Source: an uncultured Desulfatiglans sp. (GTDB lineage Bacteria > Desulfobacterota > DSM-4660 > Desulfatiglandales > HGW-15). Taken from it: DNA of 60,963 bases. Below are positions 19,756 to 30,092 of this stretch, piece after piece (position 1 is the stretch's first letter; each line of letters starts with the position of its first letter). A model generated the notes under the pieces. It was not told the origin of the DNA. It was given only the letters and a program-made list of their open reading frames with translations, and searched no databases. The stretch is taken from positions 1-60,963 of the forward strand of contig CAZXUA010000005.1 in assembly GCA_964643755.1 (NCBI GenBank), read 5' to 3'. The position numbers were made by a program, and so were the translations under genes.

Positions 19756-20149
19756 AAAAAAGATCAAATACCTTTTGATAGGCGGTTATGCAGTTGGTTT
19801 CCATGGATATCCAAGGGCAACAAACGATCTGGATATCTTTATATCAAGGGACATAGAAACTGCAAATTTAATGGTTTCAGCCTTAAAAGATTTTGGATTT
19901 GATACCCCTCAACTTAATGAAGATCTTTTTCTGAAAGAAAAAAATATTGTCCGTATGGGTATTGCACCAATGAGGATTGAAATATTGAACACAATCTCAG
20001 GCGTAACTTTTGAAGATTGCTATCGTGAAAAGATAATTGAAGAAATTGATGGCATTAAAGTTTGCATTATAAATCTTGAATTTCTAAAAATTAATAAAAA
20101 GGCAAGTGGAAGACATAAAGACCTTGATGACATAGAAAATCTTCCCTAG
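19703..20149 (+). CDS. Nucleotidyltransferase-fold (minimal NTase-like) protein
   Basis: 148 aa; LLIGGYAVGFHGYPRATNDLDIF is a GG...DxD NTase-like motif. Confidence 0.5.
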   Translation: MEIVLPPDFKEFLKQLNEKKIKYLLIGGYAVGFHGYPRATNDLDIFISRDIETANLMVSALKDFGFDTPQLNEDLFLKEKNIVRMGIAPMRIEILNTISGVTFEDCYREKIIEEIDGIKVCIINLEFLKINKKASGRHKDLDDIENLP

Positions 20150-20186
20150 CTGGAAAAAGGTAATAAAAAAATGGGTAGGTGTATCA

Positions 20187-20210
20187 CCTTGAGCCCTGCG
20201 CCTTGCGCCC
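20187..20210. repeat. CCTTGAGCC-type short GC-rich repeat (copy 1)
   Basis: ccttgagccctgcgccttgcgccc followed by T6, between convergent gene ends; related copy at 23953-23983. Confidence 0.6.
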
Positions 20211-20214
20211 TTTT

Positions 20215-20823
20215 TTACACCTCATCAATATCTACATCCACCGGATCTTCAAAATAGGCGCCCGAGGCGCATGGCCTGCAATAGGGCTTCCCCTCTTTCA
20301 TAACCTCTTTACCATCACGAACCACCTGACCGCACTGTACACAGGTGGTCTTCTTTTTTGTTGGGCCTGGCATTTCATTTTCCATACAGGGTATCCTTAC
20401 CTTCTGCACCCTGAAGAGCACCTTGTCTGGCATGCGTTTATATGCTTCTATCTGCTGGGGGATCTTCTTTTCTATCTCAGGGGCATATTGAGAGGCGAGG
20501 TTACGGCTCTCCTCGGTTGATATTATCCTGTATGCCTCATTTGTCTCAAGGTTTAAAAAGGTGGCTGCCATGATCCCGTAATCGGTAAACTTGAGTGACC
20601 GCCTCCCAAGCTTTACACCTGTTACATAGGCAACCGCATCGGCAGTGCACCTGTCCATCTCAACAAAAACAATAAGCTTTTTAAGCTGATCAATCCTCTG
20701 GGGGTTATCAAGCCCTATAAGCCTGCAACCAAGCATGGCCATACGCACGCCCACCACCTGACCCGGGCAAAGGTGCCCGTGCGCCTTTGCAGAGCCCGCA
20801 AGCAATGTTTCAAATTCTTCCAA
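20215..20823 (-). CDS. FmdE-family protein with C-terminal Zn ribbon
   Basis: HGHLCPGQVVGVRMA motif and C-terminal CVQCGQ...CRPC. Confidence 0.8.
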   Translation of the reverse strand: MEEFETLLAGSAKAHGHLCPGQVVGVRMAMLGCRLIGLDNPQRIDQLKKLIVFVEMDRCTADAVAYVTGVKLGRRSLKFTDYGIMAATFLNLETNEAYRIISTEESRNLASQYAPEIEKKIPQQIEAYKRMPDKVLFRVQKVRIPCMENEMPGPTKKKTTCVQCGQVVRDGKEVMKEGKPYCRPCASGAYFEDPVDVDIDEV

Positions 20824-21250
20824 TTTATCAATCCCTGCCTTAAAGTTATGTTACAGTTAACATATGAAATGGTTACCGGTCAATCGAATTCTTTATATCA
20901 AAAAAAAGATAACAACAAGAAAGTTTGTAGATCAGGTTGTAAGTGAATAAAAAGTGCATAATTTTACCTGTAAAAATCAGCCCGGGCATGATAAATGGAA
21001 GCCTTTTATATTAAATTTACAAACTTAAAATATAGTGATATAAAAGCAAGGCTGAAAGAGTTCGAAAGGCTGATAAGAGTAACGCACGGAGATTATCAGG
21101 GTTATTGAGGCATTTATATTATATTGATAAAGTTTTTACTGCATATAATCTGTTTCTATTCTGCAATAATGACTTCAAAAAGAGATATAACCAGAGCGCC
21201 TATGTATATATCCGGCCTTACACCCCAAAAAAGCAACAGGAGGTTTACAA

Positions 21251-23065
21251 TTGAACCAGACATATAAAAATCTTGCACTCTGGCTGGTAATTGGTCTCAT
21301 GATCTTCGTGATGGTCCAGATATTAAATAAAAAGAATACAACCAGTTCAGTAGTTCCCTACAGTGAATTTATCGCTATGGTCGAAAACGGTAAGATCGAT
21401 AGTGTGGATATAAAAGGAAATAATATAACAGGCACATCCGGGCAGGTCTCATTTAACACATATAATCCGAATGACCCTGAACTTATAAGGCTTTTAATGG
21501 ATAAGGGGGTAAGGGTAACTGCAAAACCGCCTGAAGACTCGCCCTGGTTTCAGATTATCCTCTCATGGGCGCCAATGCTTCTTCTGATAGGTGTATGGAT
21601 ATTCTTTATGCGGCAGATGCAGTCAGGCGGAGGCAAGGCCCTTTCATTTGGTAAAAGCCGGGCCAGGCTCATGAACGATTCACAGGAAAAGGTAACCTTT
21701 GATGATGTTGCCGGCATAGATGAGGCAAAGGAAGAGCTCCAGGAGATCATAGAATTTTTAAGGGAACCCAAAAAATTCACAAGGCTTGGCGGGAGGATAC
21801 CTAAAGGCGTTCTGCTTGTTGGCTCACCGGGCACAGGCAAAACCCTGCTCGCACGCGCTATTGCTGGCGAGGCAGGTGTGCCATTCTTCAGCATAAGCGG
21901 CTCTGATTTTGTAGAGATGTTTGTAGGTGTAGGCGCTTCAAGGGTTAGAGACCTCTTTATGCAGGGCAAAAAGAATGCCCCCTGCATCATCTTTATAGAT
22001 GAAATAGATGCGGTTGGCCGTCACAGGGGGGCAGGCCTGGGCGGCGGACATGATGAGAGGGAACAGACCCTTAACCAGCTCCTTGTCGAGATGGACGGTT
22101 TTGAGTCAAACGAGGGGGTTATCCTTATCTCAGCAACCAACAGGCCTGATGTACTTGATCCTGCGCTTCTAAGGCCCGGCAGGTTTGACCGCCAGGTGGT
22201 TGTCCCACCGCCGGACATCAGGGGCCGCGAGGGGATACTCAAGGTGCACACCAAAAAGACAATTCTGGCAGACGATGTTGATATAAAGGTTCTTGCAAGA
22301 GGGACACCGGGCTTCACAGGGGCAGATATTGAAAACATGGTAAATGAAGCTGCCCTGATGGGAGCAAGGCGAGGCAAAGACAAGGTTGAAATGGTGGATT
22401 TTGAAAACGCCAAAGACAAGGTGCTCATGGGCACAGAGCGCAGGAGCATGATCATAAGTGATGAAGAGAAGAAGATCATCGCCTATCATGAGGCAGGGCA
22501 TACCCTTGTGGGCAAGCTTCTTCCCCATACAGACCCTGTTCACAAGGTCTCTATCATACCCCATGGCAGGGCGCTCGGTGTAACACAGCACCTGCCTGTT
22601 GATGAAAAGCACCTCCAGCCAAAGGAATATCTGCTTAATTTTATAAAGAGCCTTATGGGTGGTCGTATCGCAGAGGAGCTTGTACTCAACATGAAAACAA
22701 CCGGGGCAAGTAATGATATAGAAAGGGCAACCGATCTGGCCAGAAAGATAGTGTGCGAATATGGTATGAGTGATAACCTGGGGCCCCTAACCTACGGTAA
22801 AAAGGAGGAGCAGATATTCCTTGGCAGGGAGATATCCCAGCACAGGGATTACAGTGAACTCACAGCACAGCGGATCGACCAGGAGGTAAAGGATATTGTA
22901 ATGGATGCATATAGTAACACCCGTAAGCTTATCCAGGACAATATAGAGATGCTTCATAAGATCGCAAATGCCCTTCTTGAAAAAGAGACCCTTGATGCAA
23001 AGGACATAGATGAGATCATGGGTATTGAACCTGAAAACTTTCAATTTGAGGCTGAAAAGCAATAG
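21251..23065 (+). CDS. ftsH: ATP-dependent zinc metalloprotease FtsH
   Basis: AAA motifs GSPGTGKT and IIFIDEIDA; SRH; HEAGH zinc site; TTG start 7 nt after AGGAGG. Confidence 0.95.
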   Translation: MNQTYKNLALWLVIGLMIFVMVQILNKKNTTSSVVPYSEFIAMVENGKIDSVDIKGNNITGTSGQVSFNTYNPNDPELIRLLMDKGVRVTAKPPEDSPWFQIILSWAPMLLLIGVWIFFMRQMQSGGGKALSFGKSRARLMNDSQEKVTFDDVAGIDEAKEELQEIIEFLREPKKFTRLGGRIPKGVLLVGSPGTGKTLLARAIAGEAGVPFFSISGSDFVEMFVGVGASRVRDLFMQGKKNAPCIIFIDEIDAVGRHRGAGLGGGHDEREQTLNQLLVEMDGFESNEGVILISATNRPDVLDPALLRPGRFDRQVVVPPPDIRGREGILKVHTKKTILADDVDIKVLARGTPGFTGADIENMVNEAALMGARRGKDKVEMVDFENAKDKVLMGTERRSMIISDEEKKIIAYHEAGHTLVGKLLPHTDPVHKVSIIPHGRALGVTQHLPVDEKHLQPKEYLLNFIKSLMGGRIAEELVLNMKTTGASNDIERATDLARKIVCEYGMSDNLGPLTYGKKEEQIFLGREISQHRDYSELTAQRIDQEVKDIVMDAYSNTRKLIQDNIEMLHKIANALLEKETLDAKDIDEIMGIEPENFQFEAEKQ

Positions 23066-23938
23066 TTGGGAGATACTAAGAGAAAAGAGTTCTGCCTGAG
23101 CTGGGGTAAACACACCCTTGAGCTGGGCAGAAAGAGCCTGATCATGGGGGTGCTTAATGTCACTCCTGACTCCTTTTCAGACGGGGGCCACTATTTTACA
23201 AGGGAGCAGGCCATTAAACAGGCACTAGACCTGGTGGCTGACGGCGCAGATATAATTGATATTGGAGGGGAGTCAACAAGGCCATACGCTGAAAAGGTAA
23301 GTCTAGAGCAGGAGATGGAAAGGGTTATACCTGTTATCGAGGAGTTAGGCAGGATAATAAACATACCCATAAGCATAGATACCTATAAGGCAAAGGTTGC
23401 AGAGGCGGCGGTAAAAGCAGGCGCCTCAATAATAAATGACATAAGCGCACTCAGGTTTGATCCTGAAATGGGCTCTGTGGTTAAAGAGGCAGGTGTTCCC
23501 GTGATACTCATGCACATGAAGGGGACACCCGGCAATATGCAGGATAACCCGGTGTACAATGACCTGATGGGCGAGATCATCACATTCTTTAATGAGGCAG
23601 TAGATAATGCTGTTAAAACGGGCATCGAAAAAGATATGATCATACTTGACCCCGGTATAGGCTTTGGTAAGAGTTTTAGCCATAACCTTATGATTATCAG
23701 GGATTTCCAAAAACTGGCTGACCTTGGATTGCCCCTGCTCTTAGGCTCATCCAGGAAGGCATTCATAGGGAAAATACTTGATAAGCCCCCGGAGCAGAGA
23801 GATACAGGCACAATGGCTACAGTGGCAGCCGGTATCCTTAATGGCGCCCATATTGTGAGGGTGCATAATTGCAGGATGGCAAAGGAAACCGTTAAGGTTA
23901 TTGATGCAATAATTGCAGGGAAAGCTCTTTCCGACTGA
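23066..23938 (+). CDS. folP: Dihydropteroate synthase
   Basis: MGVLNVTPDSFSDGG motif and pterin-binding barrel motifs; TTG start abuts the ftsH stop. Confidence 0.9.
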   Translation: MGDTKRKEFCLSWGKHTLELGRKSLIMGVLNVTPDSFSDGGHYFTREQAIKQALDLVADGADIIDIGGESTRPYAEKVSLEQEMERVIPVIEELGRIINIPISIDTYKAKVAEAAVKAGASIINDISALRFDPEMGSVVKEAGVPVILMHMKGTPGNMQDNPVYNDLMGEIITFFNEAVDNAVKTGIEKDMIILDPGIGFGKSFSHNLMIIRDFQKLADLGLPLLLGSSRKAFIGKILDKPPEQRDTGTMATVAAGILNGAHIVRVHNCRMAKETVKVIDAIIAGKALSD

Positions 23939-23952
23939 TTTTCGTTTTAATT

Positions 23953-23983
23953 CCTTGAGCCATGCGCCCTGAGCCTTGAGCCC
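23953..23983. repeat. CCTTGAGCC-type short GC-rich repeat (copy 2)
   Basis: ccttgagccatgcgccctgagccttgagccc immediately after the folP stop. Confidence 0.6.
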
Positions 23984-24025
23984 ATGGATCATAAAAATAG
24001 ATTATTTATCAAATAACAATTTGAA

Positions 24026-24811
24026 GTGAGTGAACAATATTTTATGCTTCTTTGCATTGATGTAGGAAATACCAATATAGTGATGGCCGTCTTTGACCAG
24101 GAGCGGATCATAGGCCACTGGCGTGTCAGGACAGAAAAGGAGACCACTGCTGATGAACTGGGCATCCTTGTATATAACCTCTTTCAGAGCTCCGGCATAA
24201 AAATGGACGGGGTGAGCGGCATAATTATAGCCTCTGTTGTCCCACCCCTTATTAATACACTGGAAGAGATCTCTAAAAAATATTTCAATATCAAACCTCT
24301 GGTAGTAGGAAATGGGCTTAATACCGGTATGCCCGTAAGATATGACAACCCCATGGAGGTTGGCGCAGACAGGATAGTAAACTCTGTTGCTGCATATGAA
24401 AAATACAGATGCGGCCTCATAATCGTTGATTTCGGCACAGCAACCACATTTGACTGCATAACCCCTGATGGTGAATGGATAGGAGGCGCAATATCCCCCG
24501 GCCTCATCATATCCGGGGAGGCGCTATTTTCCAGGACATCAAAGCTCCCGCGTATAGAGATTTACTCTGTCCCAAAAAATGCGATTGCAAAGAACACCAT
24601 AAGCGCCATGAATGTGGGGATCATATATGGATATGCAGGCCTTGTTGACGGGCTTGTCACCCGCCTGAAAAAAGAGATGGGTCATGCGGTAAAGGTGATT
24701 GCCACAGGCGGTATTGCCCCTCTTATCGCAAAGGAGTCCTCAACAATAGACCTTATTGATGAGAACCTCACCCTTGAGGGGCTGAAGCTCCTTTATGAGA
24801 GAAACAGTTGA
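24026..24811 (+). CDS. coaX: Type III pantothenate kinase
   Basis: LLCIDVGNTN, VGADR and DFGTATT motifs; the start may be ATG 24044 rather than GTG 24026. Confidence 0.9.
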   Translation: MSEQYFMLLCIDVGNTNIVMAVFDQERIIGHWRVRTEKETTADELGILVYNLFQSSGIKMDGVSGIIIASVVPPLINTLEEISKKYFNIKPLVVGNGLNTGMPVRYDNPMEVGADRIVNSVAAYEKYRCGLIIVDFGTATTFDCITPDGEWIGGAISPGLIISGEALFSRTSKLPRIEIYSVPKNAIAKNTISAMNVGIIYGYAGLVDGLVTRLKKEMGHAVKVIATGGIAPLIAKESSTIDLIDENLTLEGLKLLYERNS

Positions 24812-25704
24812 CCCCTTTATTAAAAAGCATAAAAAAGGGCGATGCAATCGGCATAATCGCCCCTGCAAGCCCTGTGACCGATGATGAGATCTCTTCCGCT
24901 GTCCGGATAATAGAGGAGGAGGGATACATGGTAATCAAAGGGGGCCACCTTTATGATAAAAATGGATACCTTGCAGGGAGAGACGAAGACCGGCTGACTG
25001 ACCTTCACGATATGTTCCTTAACAGTGATGTAAAGGCTGTGCTGTGTGCCCGCGGCGGTTATGGAACAACCCGTCTGCTTAGCAGTATAGATTTTGACAT
25101 TATAAGAAAGCACCCAAAGCCTTTTGCAGGTTATAGTGACATAACCGCCCTTCTCCTTTCAATATATAAGATGACCGGGATGAATGTATGGCATGGCCCC
25201 ATGTTACGCGCCATTAAAGGGAGGGAGAAGTATTTAAAGTCACTTTTAAAACAAATGGCTACGGGTGGAAGCATAGATTACAGGCTTGCTCCGGACAATG
25301 TCCTTAAAAAAGGCAGGGCCAGGGGCAGGCTTTTGGGAGGCAATCTGAGCATGATCTGCGCCATGATCGGGACAACCTATCTGCCCTCCTTTGAAGGTTC
25401 CATATTCTTTATTGAAGAGAGGGGTGAACCCCTTTACAGGATCGACAGGATGCTTACACAGTTGAGGCTTTCAGGGGTACTCAAAGGGATAAAGGGTATA
25501 ATTGCCGGAAACTTTCAGGAGTGTGGAGAGGCACACAGGGTAGACGAACTTATACTGGAAAACTTTTCATATGAATACCCTGTTTACAGGGGATTTCCCG
25601 TAGGGCACGGCAACAGGAACCGCCCTGTTCCAATGGGCGCAGAGGCAGAGATGGATACCGAATCCCTTATTTTCAGGGTTGACGCATTCATGGATAAGGG
25701 ATAA
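24808..25704 (+). CDS. ldcA: LD-carboxypeptidase (S66 family, LdcA-like)
   Basis: GYSDITAL nucleophile motif; C-terminal E/H region; TTGA overlap with coaX. Confidence 0.8.
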   Translation: MTPLLKSIKKGDAIGIIAPASPVTDDEISSAVRIIEEEGYMVIKGGHLYDKNGYLAGRDEDRLTDLHDMFLNSDVKAVLCARGGYGTTRLLSSIDFDIIRKHPKPFAGYSDITALLLSIYKMTGMNVWHGPMLRAIKGREKYLKSLLKQMATGGSIDYRLAPDNVLKKGRARGRLLGGNLSMICAMIGTTYLPSFEGSIFFIEERGEPLYRIDRMLTQLRLSGVLKGIKGIIAGNFQECGEAHRVDELILENFSYEYPVYRGFPVGHGNRNRPVPMGAEAEMDTESLIFRVDAFMDKG

Positions 25705-25735
25705 AAGACGGAAAATTTATCATTAAAGGGTTTAT

Positions 25736-26512
25736 ATGGATGTTATAAGATATATAGGCGGTGAATCTATAGGCATTTTATCCAGGATGGGGAGGTTATT
25801 CACCTTTCTGGGATATGCCATATATTTTTCATTAACGCCGCCATTCAAGATAGATCGAATCTTAAGGCAGATAAGGTTCATCGGCGCACAGTCTACACTG
25901 GTTGTGCTCCTGATAGGCACATTCACCGGCATGGTCATATCGCTTCAGGGTTATCACACATTGAGCCGCCTGGGCTCAGAGGCATTTTTAGGCCCTATGG
26001 TTGCCCTTTCCATAATGAAGGAGATGGCCCCTGTTCTCACAGGTTTAATGGTCACTGCAAGGGCGGGCTCTGCCCTCACCGCTGAAATAGGGATCATGCG
26101 CATCACAAATCAGATAGATGCAATAGAGATGATGGGGCTTAACCCATTTCGATACCTGGTTGCCCCGAATATAATTGCAGCTTTTATATCGCTGCCACTC
26201 CTTACAGGGATGTTTGATGCAATAGGTATCCTGGGCGGGTATCTAGTTGGGGTAGAGATATTAGGCCTTGAATATGCAACCTTTTTCGGAGAGATAAACA
26301 CCTATGTAAGGGTGGATCATCTGATGGAAGGAATATACAAATCCATGAGCTTTGGCATTATTATATCATGGGTTTCATGTTATATGGGCTATTACACCGG
26401 CTCCTCAGGGTTTGGGGCCGAAGGGGTCAGTAAATCCACAACAGGTGCGGTTGTGCTTGCGGCAGTCATGATACTTGTCTGGAACTATTTTATGACCGCC
26501 TTTCTATTTTAA
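25736..26512 (+). CDS. mlaE: Mla-type ABC transporter permease
   Basis: 258-aa MlaE/Ttg2B-like polytopic protein, first gene of the mla set. Confidence 0.85.
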   Translation: MDVIRYIGGESIGILSRMGRLFTFLGYAIYFSLTPPFKIDRILRQIRFIGAQSTLVVLLIGTFTGMVISLQGYHTLSRLGSEAFLGPMVALSIMKEMAPVLTGLMVTARAGSALTAEIGIMRITNQIDAIEMMGLNPFRYLVAPNIIAAFISLPLLTGMFDAIGILGGYLVGVEILGLEYATFFGEINTYVRVDHLMEGIYKSMSFGIIISWVSCYMGYYTGSSGFGAEGVSKSTTGAVVLAAVMILVWNYFMTAFLF

Positions 26513-26520
26513 GGTAAAAA

Positions 26521-27267
26521 GTGATCGAACTTAATAACATACATAAATCCTTTAATGGACATGAGGTACTTAAAGGTGTTTCATTTAGGGTTGAAAAGGG
26601 AGAGATACTTGTTCTGATAGGCATGAGCGGGTATGGTAAAAGCGTCATCCTGAAACATGTTGTCGGCCTCTTAACCCCTGACAGGGGTGAGGTGATAGTT
26701 GACGGGCTTGAGGTTAATAAACTCAGGAAAAAGGAGCTTGCTGACCTCAGGAGCAGGATAGGTTTTCTGTTTCAGGGGGGAGCGCTTTTCGAGTCCATGA
26801 CCGTGTATGACAATGTCGCATTCCCTTTGAAGGAAAAGGTGCGGCTTGACAAAACGATTATTGAAAAAAAGGTGCTCAATGTTATTGACCAGGTCGGGCT
26901 GAGCGGCGCTGAAAACAAATACCCTTCACAGTTGAGCGGGGGCATGCAGAAGAGGGCAGCGCTTGCGCGTGAACTGGTCTGGGAGCCTGAGATAATGATC
27001 TTTGATGAGCCCACAACAGGTCTTGACCCCATTATAGGGCATGCGATACTTAACCTTATTGAAGAGATGCATAACCGAATGCATTTTACCGGCATTATTA
27101 TCACGCATGAATTATCGCGCGTATTCAAGATAGTCAACAAGGTTGCGATGCTTCATGAAGGTGTAATTATCGAGATGGGAAGGCCTGAAGAGATGCACTC
27201 ATCCAAGAATCCGCTTGTAAGGCAGTTTTTATCAGGCGATACTGAGGGGCCTATAAGCTTCAGGTAA
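26521..27267 (+). CDS. mlaF: Mla-type ABC transporter ATP-binding protein
   Basis: Walker A GMSGYGKS, signature LSGGMQKR, Walker B IMIFDEP; GTG start. Confidence 0.88.
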   Translation: MIELNNIHKSFNGHEVLKGVSFRVEKGEILVLIGMSGYGKSVILKHVVGLLTPDRGEVIVDGLEVNKLRKKELADLRSRIGFLFQGGALFESMTVYDNVAFPLKEKVRLDKTIIEKKVLNVIDQVGLSGAENKYPSQLSGGMQKRAALARELVWEPEIMIFDEPTTGLDPIIGHAILNLIEEMHNRMHFTGIIITHELSRVFKIVNKVAMLHEGVIIEMGRPEEMHSSKNPLVRQFLSGDTEGPISFR

Positions 27268-27333
27268 TAATTGTGACATGGGTAGATGTCATAAAAATAT
27301 ATATTGACTATACAGGTAGATCAGGGGACTAAA

Positions 27334-27774
27334 ATGAAAAAATTTGATCTTGAATTGATAGTGGGGGTATTTGTCCTTGCAGGGCTTCTCTGTCTCGGGT
27401 TTATGTCTGTCAAGCTTGCTAAAAAGGATCTGTTCAGCAGTGACGGTTATGAACTCTATGCGATTTTCAATGATGCCGGCGGCTTAAAGAGCGGGTCATC
27501 TGTTATTATAGCAGGCATTCAGGTTGGCAGGGTCAAATCCATTACAATGGAAAACTATGAGGCAAAGATAGTCATAACACTGCCAGATTCCGTAAAGATA
27601 CAGGAAGACGCAATAGCCGCTATAAAGACCAGAGGGCTTATCGGGGAAAAATATCTCTCCATAACACCTGGCGGATCAGAGGTTATACTTACAAAGGGCG
27701 AGCGCATCAGGGAAACTGTGCCGGCAGTAGATATCGAAGAATTGATCTCCAACTATGTATTTGGCAAGGTATAG
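27334..27774 (+). CDS. mlaD: MCE-domain protein MlaD
   Basis: N-terminal TM helix plus MCE domain. I prefer ATG 27334 over the TTG 27304 used by the ORF track. Confidence 0.8.
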   Translation: MKKFDLELIVGVFVLAGLLCLGFMSVKLAKKDLFSSDGYELYAIFNDAGGLKSGSSVIIAGIQVGRVKSITMENYEAKIVITLPDSVKIQEDAIAAIKTRGLIGEKYLSITPGGSEVILTKGERIRETVPAVDIEELISNYVFGKV

Positions 27775-27790
27775 CCGTTAAGGAGGAATC

Positions 27791-28393
27791 GTGAAAATCA
27801 TAACTTTAAGGAATTTGACTGCCATTTTCATACTGCTGTTCTTCAGTCTGACAATAAAGGCGGGAGAGGCTACAGACCGCATTAAGGCGGCGACAGACAA
27901 ACTTATAGAAATTGTTTCAAACCATGATCTTGATGCCCCTGAGATGGCTGAAAAAAGGGCAAAGATGATACGTGAAACAGTTGATGAGGTCTTTGACTGG
28001 TCAGCGTTTTCTCAGCGGGCACTTGGCAGGCACTGGGCAACACTCAGCCAGGATCAAAAAAAGGAGTTTATCTATTATTTCGGGCAACTGCTTGAACGCA
28101 CATACATGGATAAAACCAGGAATTACTCCGGTGAAAAGATGATCTTTCTTAACGAAAAGATTGATGGCAAATACGGGGTTGTCGGAGCCAAAATAACCCT
28201 TAGCAGCGGCAAGGATGCTGCCATTGAATACCGGGTGATAAAGCCTGCGGAAAAGTGGTTTATTTATGATGTGTTTGTCGAAGGCATAAGCCTTGTAAGC
28301 AACTACAGGAGTCAGTTCAGCACTATCCTGACAAAATCAGGATATGATGAGCTCTTAAAAAGACTAAAAACAAAACTGGACGAACAATCATAA
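27791..28393 (+). CDS. mlaC: Periplasmic phospholipid-binding protein MlaC (Ttg2D family)
   Basis: Signal peptide and Ttg2D-like sequence; GTG start 4 nt after AGGAGG. Confidence 0.75.
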   Translation: MKIITLRNLTAIFILLFFSLTIKAGEATDRIKAATDKLIEIVSNHDLDAPEMAEKRAKMIRETVDEVFDWSAFSQRALGRHWATLSQDQKKEFIYYFGQLLERTYMDKTRNYSGEKMIFLNEKIDGKYGVVGAKITLSSGKDAAIEYRVIKPAEKWFIYDVFVEGISLVSNYRSQFSTILTKSGYDELLKRLKTKLDEQS

Positions 28394-28422
28394 ACAGAGC
28401 GCTCGGCAAAGGAGTTTATATC

Positions 28423-29241
28423 ATGAAAAGGTTATCGGCTGTTATATGTGGTATTATCGTGTCCATGCTTCTCTCAGGAAAGATCTGCGCCGGTTCTGAT
28501 ACGGCTGAAGGGTCACTTGCAGACAATATACGTCAGCCAATGCTTCTTGCGCAGGCAGATGCACCCATTCCGGGCTCAGAAGATGATACATACTTGGATG
28601 ATGAGATGATGGATGACCTGGATGAACCCCATGTATCTATTGCTGATCCACTTGAACCAGTCAACAGGCTCTTTTTCCATATTAATGACAAGTTATACTT
28701 CTGGGTGCTTAAACCGGCTGCAAAGGGTTACAGCGCTGTAGTGCCTGAACCAGCAAGAAGAGGGGTAAAAAATTTTTTCAACAACATCTCATTCCCTGTA
28801 CGATTTGTTAACTGCGTATTACAGGGCAAGTTTGAAGGGGCAGGATATGAATTCGGGAGATTCATGATCAACTCCACATTAGGTGTTGCAGGGTTTATGG
28901 ACAGGGCCGCCAAACAGTTTGAGATGCCGGAGTATGATGAAGACCTGGGCCAGACCCTTGGCTCATACGGGATAGGCCACGGGTTTTTCCTTAACCTTCC
29001 TGTTCTGGGTCCTTCAAGCCTTACTGATGCAATAGGCTCTGTCGGTGATGCATTTCTTGAGCCTATGAATTATCTTGATCTGAAAACCAAGTATGATCTC
29101 TCAATAAGGGCATTTGAGACGGTTAACAAAACATCCCTCAGGATAGGGGAGTATGAAGACCTTAAAAAGTCGGCCCTTGACCCCTATGTTGCCTACAGGG
29201 ATGCCTATTATCAATACAGACAGAGCCAGATTAAAAAATAG
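28423..29241 (+). CDS. mlaA: MlaA/VacJ-family outer-membrane lipoprotein
   Basis: Signal peptide; DPLEPVNR and NSTLGVAGF motifs characteristic of VacJ. Confidence 0.8.
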   Translation: MKRLSAVICGIIVSMLLSGKICAGSDTAEGSLADNIRQPMLLAQADAPIPGSEDDTYLDDEMMDDLDEPHVSIADPLEPVNRLFFHINDKLYFWVLKPAAKGYSAVVPEPARRGVKNFFNNISFPVRFVNCVLQGKFEGAGYEFGRFMINSTLGVAGFMDRAAKQFEMPEYDEDLGQTLGSYGIGHGFFLNLPVLGPSSLTDAIGSVGDAFLEPMNYLDLKTKYDLSIRAFETVNKTSLRIGEYEDLKKSALDPYVAYRDAYYQYRQSQIKK

Positions 29242-29243
29242 AT

Positions 29244-29290
29244 AAAAAAAGGGCGTCAGGGTTTAATCCCGATGCCCTTTGTATTTTTTT
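29244..29290. terminator. Bidirectional rho-independent terminator between mlaA (+) and cspA (-)
   Basis: A7, then hairpin gggcgtc...gatgccc (29251-29277), then a T-rich run tttgtattttttt. Confidence 0.75.
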
Positions 29291-29299
29291 AATTAAAGA

Positions 29300-29500
29300 C
29301 TAAACCCGGTTCACATTAACAGCCTTGGGACCTTTATCTCCATCTTCAACATCAAAGGTCACCTCTTCACCCTCATCAAGGGATCTGTAGCCCTCTGTTT
29401 TTATTGAAGAGAAATGGACAAAAAGATCAGGACCATCCTCCTGCTGAATAAAACCAAAACCTTTTTTGTTGTTAAACCATTTTACCTTTCCCTTTGCCAA
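29300..29500 (-). CDS. cspA: Cold-shock protein (CspA family)
   Basis: [15 protein letters not shown] (RNP1) and DLFVHFS (RNP2); TTG start 10 nt after AGGAGG. Confidence 0.92.
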   Translation of the reverse strand: MAKGKVKWFNNKKGFGFIQQEDGPDLFVHFSSIKTEGYRSLDEGEEVTFDVEDGDKGPKAVNVNRV

Positions 29501-29556
29501 TTACTTGATACCTCCTTTGAGCTGTTCTTCTCCCGGGTTTCCCCAGTGTTAAAAAA

Positions 29557-29585
29557 ACTATAATAACAACCTTTTAAAAGGTCAA
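29557..29585 (-). promoter_or_regulatory. Candidate sigma70 promoter of cspA (TTGACC-N17-TATAGT)
   Basis: Minus-strand reading: ttgacc ttttaaaaggttgttat tatagt, about 55 nt upstream of the start codon. Confidence 0.5.
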
Positions 29586-29653
29586 TGAAAATTTATTTAT
29601 CTGCTTATAGTGGTGGTAAACGTATCGAGGCATGCCTTGTCTACAAAATCGAA

Positions 29654-30049
29654 TTATTTTTTAATGGGCCATTCACCCCGCTCAACCAGCACCTCTTTAT
29701 ACGCATTAAGCGCCTCATTAACCGTGGGCATGCCTGCATATGTGGAGAGCTGGAAAAGTATCTCTGCCAGTTTAGCCGGGTCGCACCCCACATTAAGCGC
29801 CCCGTTTATGTGAAGCTTAAGCTCATCAATAGCCCGTAAGGCTGCGAGCATGGCGCAGGCGGCCATCTGCCTTTCGGCAAGTGTCAGAACCGTTCTCGAA
29901 TAGAGCTTCCCTGTGATATGCAGAGAGAGGTCATTGGCAAGTTCTCTATCAAACTCCTTCCAGAGTTTATAAGGAGGGTCCATCTTAATGCCTTTGCTGA
30001 ACAGCTTCGCAGCAGTCTCCTGTGTCCTTTTTTTCAACTCTTCATCCAT
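29654..30049 (-). CDS. Carboxymuconolactone decarboxylase (AhpD-like) family protein
   Basis: 131 aa; CMD-type helical repeat (...LTLAERQMAACAMLAAL...). Confidence 0.7.
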   Translation of the reverse strand: MDEELKKRTQETAAKLFSKGIKMDPPYKLWKEFDRELANDLSLHITGKLYSRTVLTLAERQMAACAMLAALRAIDELKLHINGALNVGCDPAKLAEILFQLSTYAGMPTVNEALNAYKEVLVERGEWPIKK

Positions 30050-30092
30050 TATATTTCTCCATGATTTTTCTTACTATTGTTTTTCAATTATT

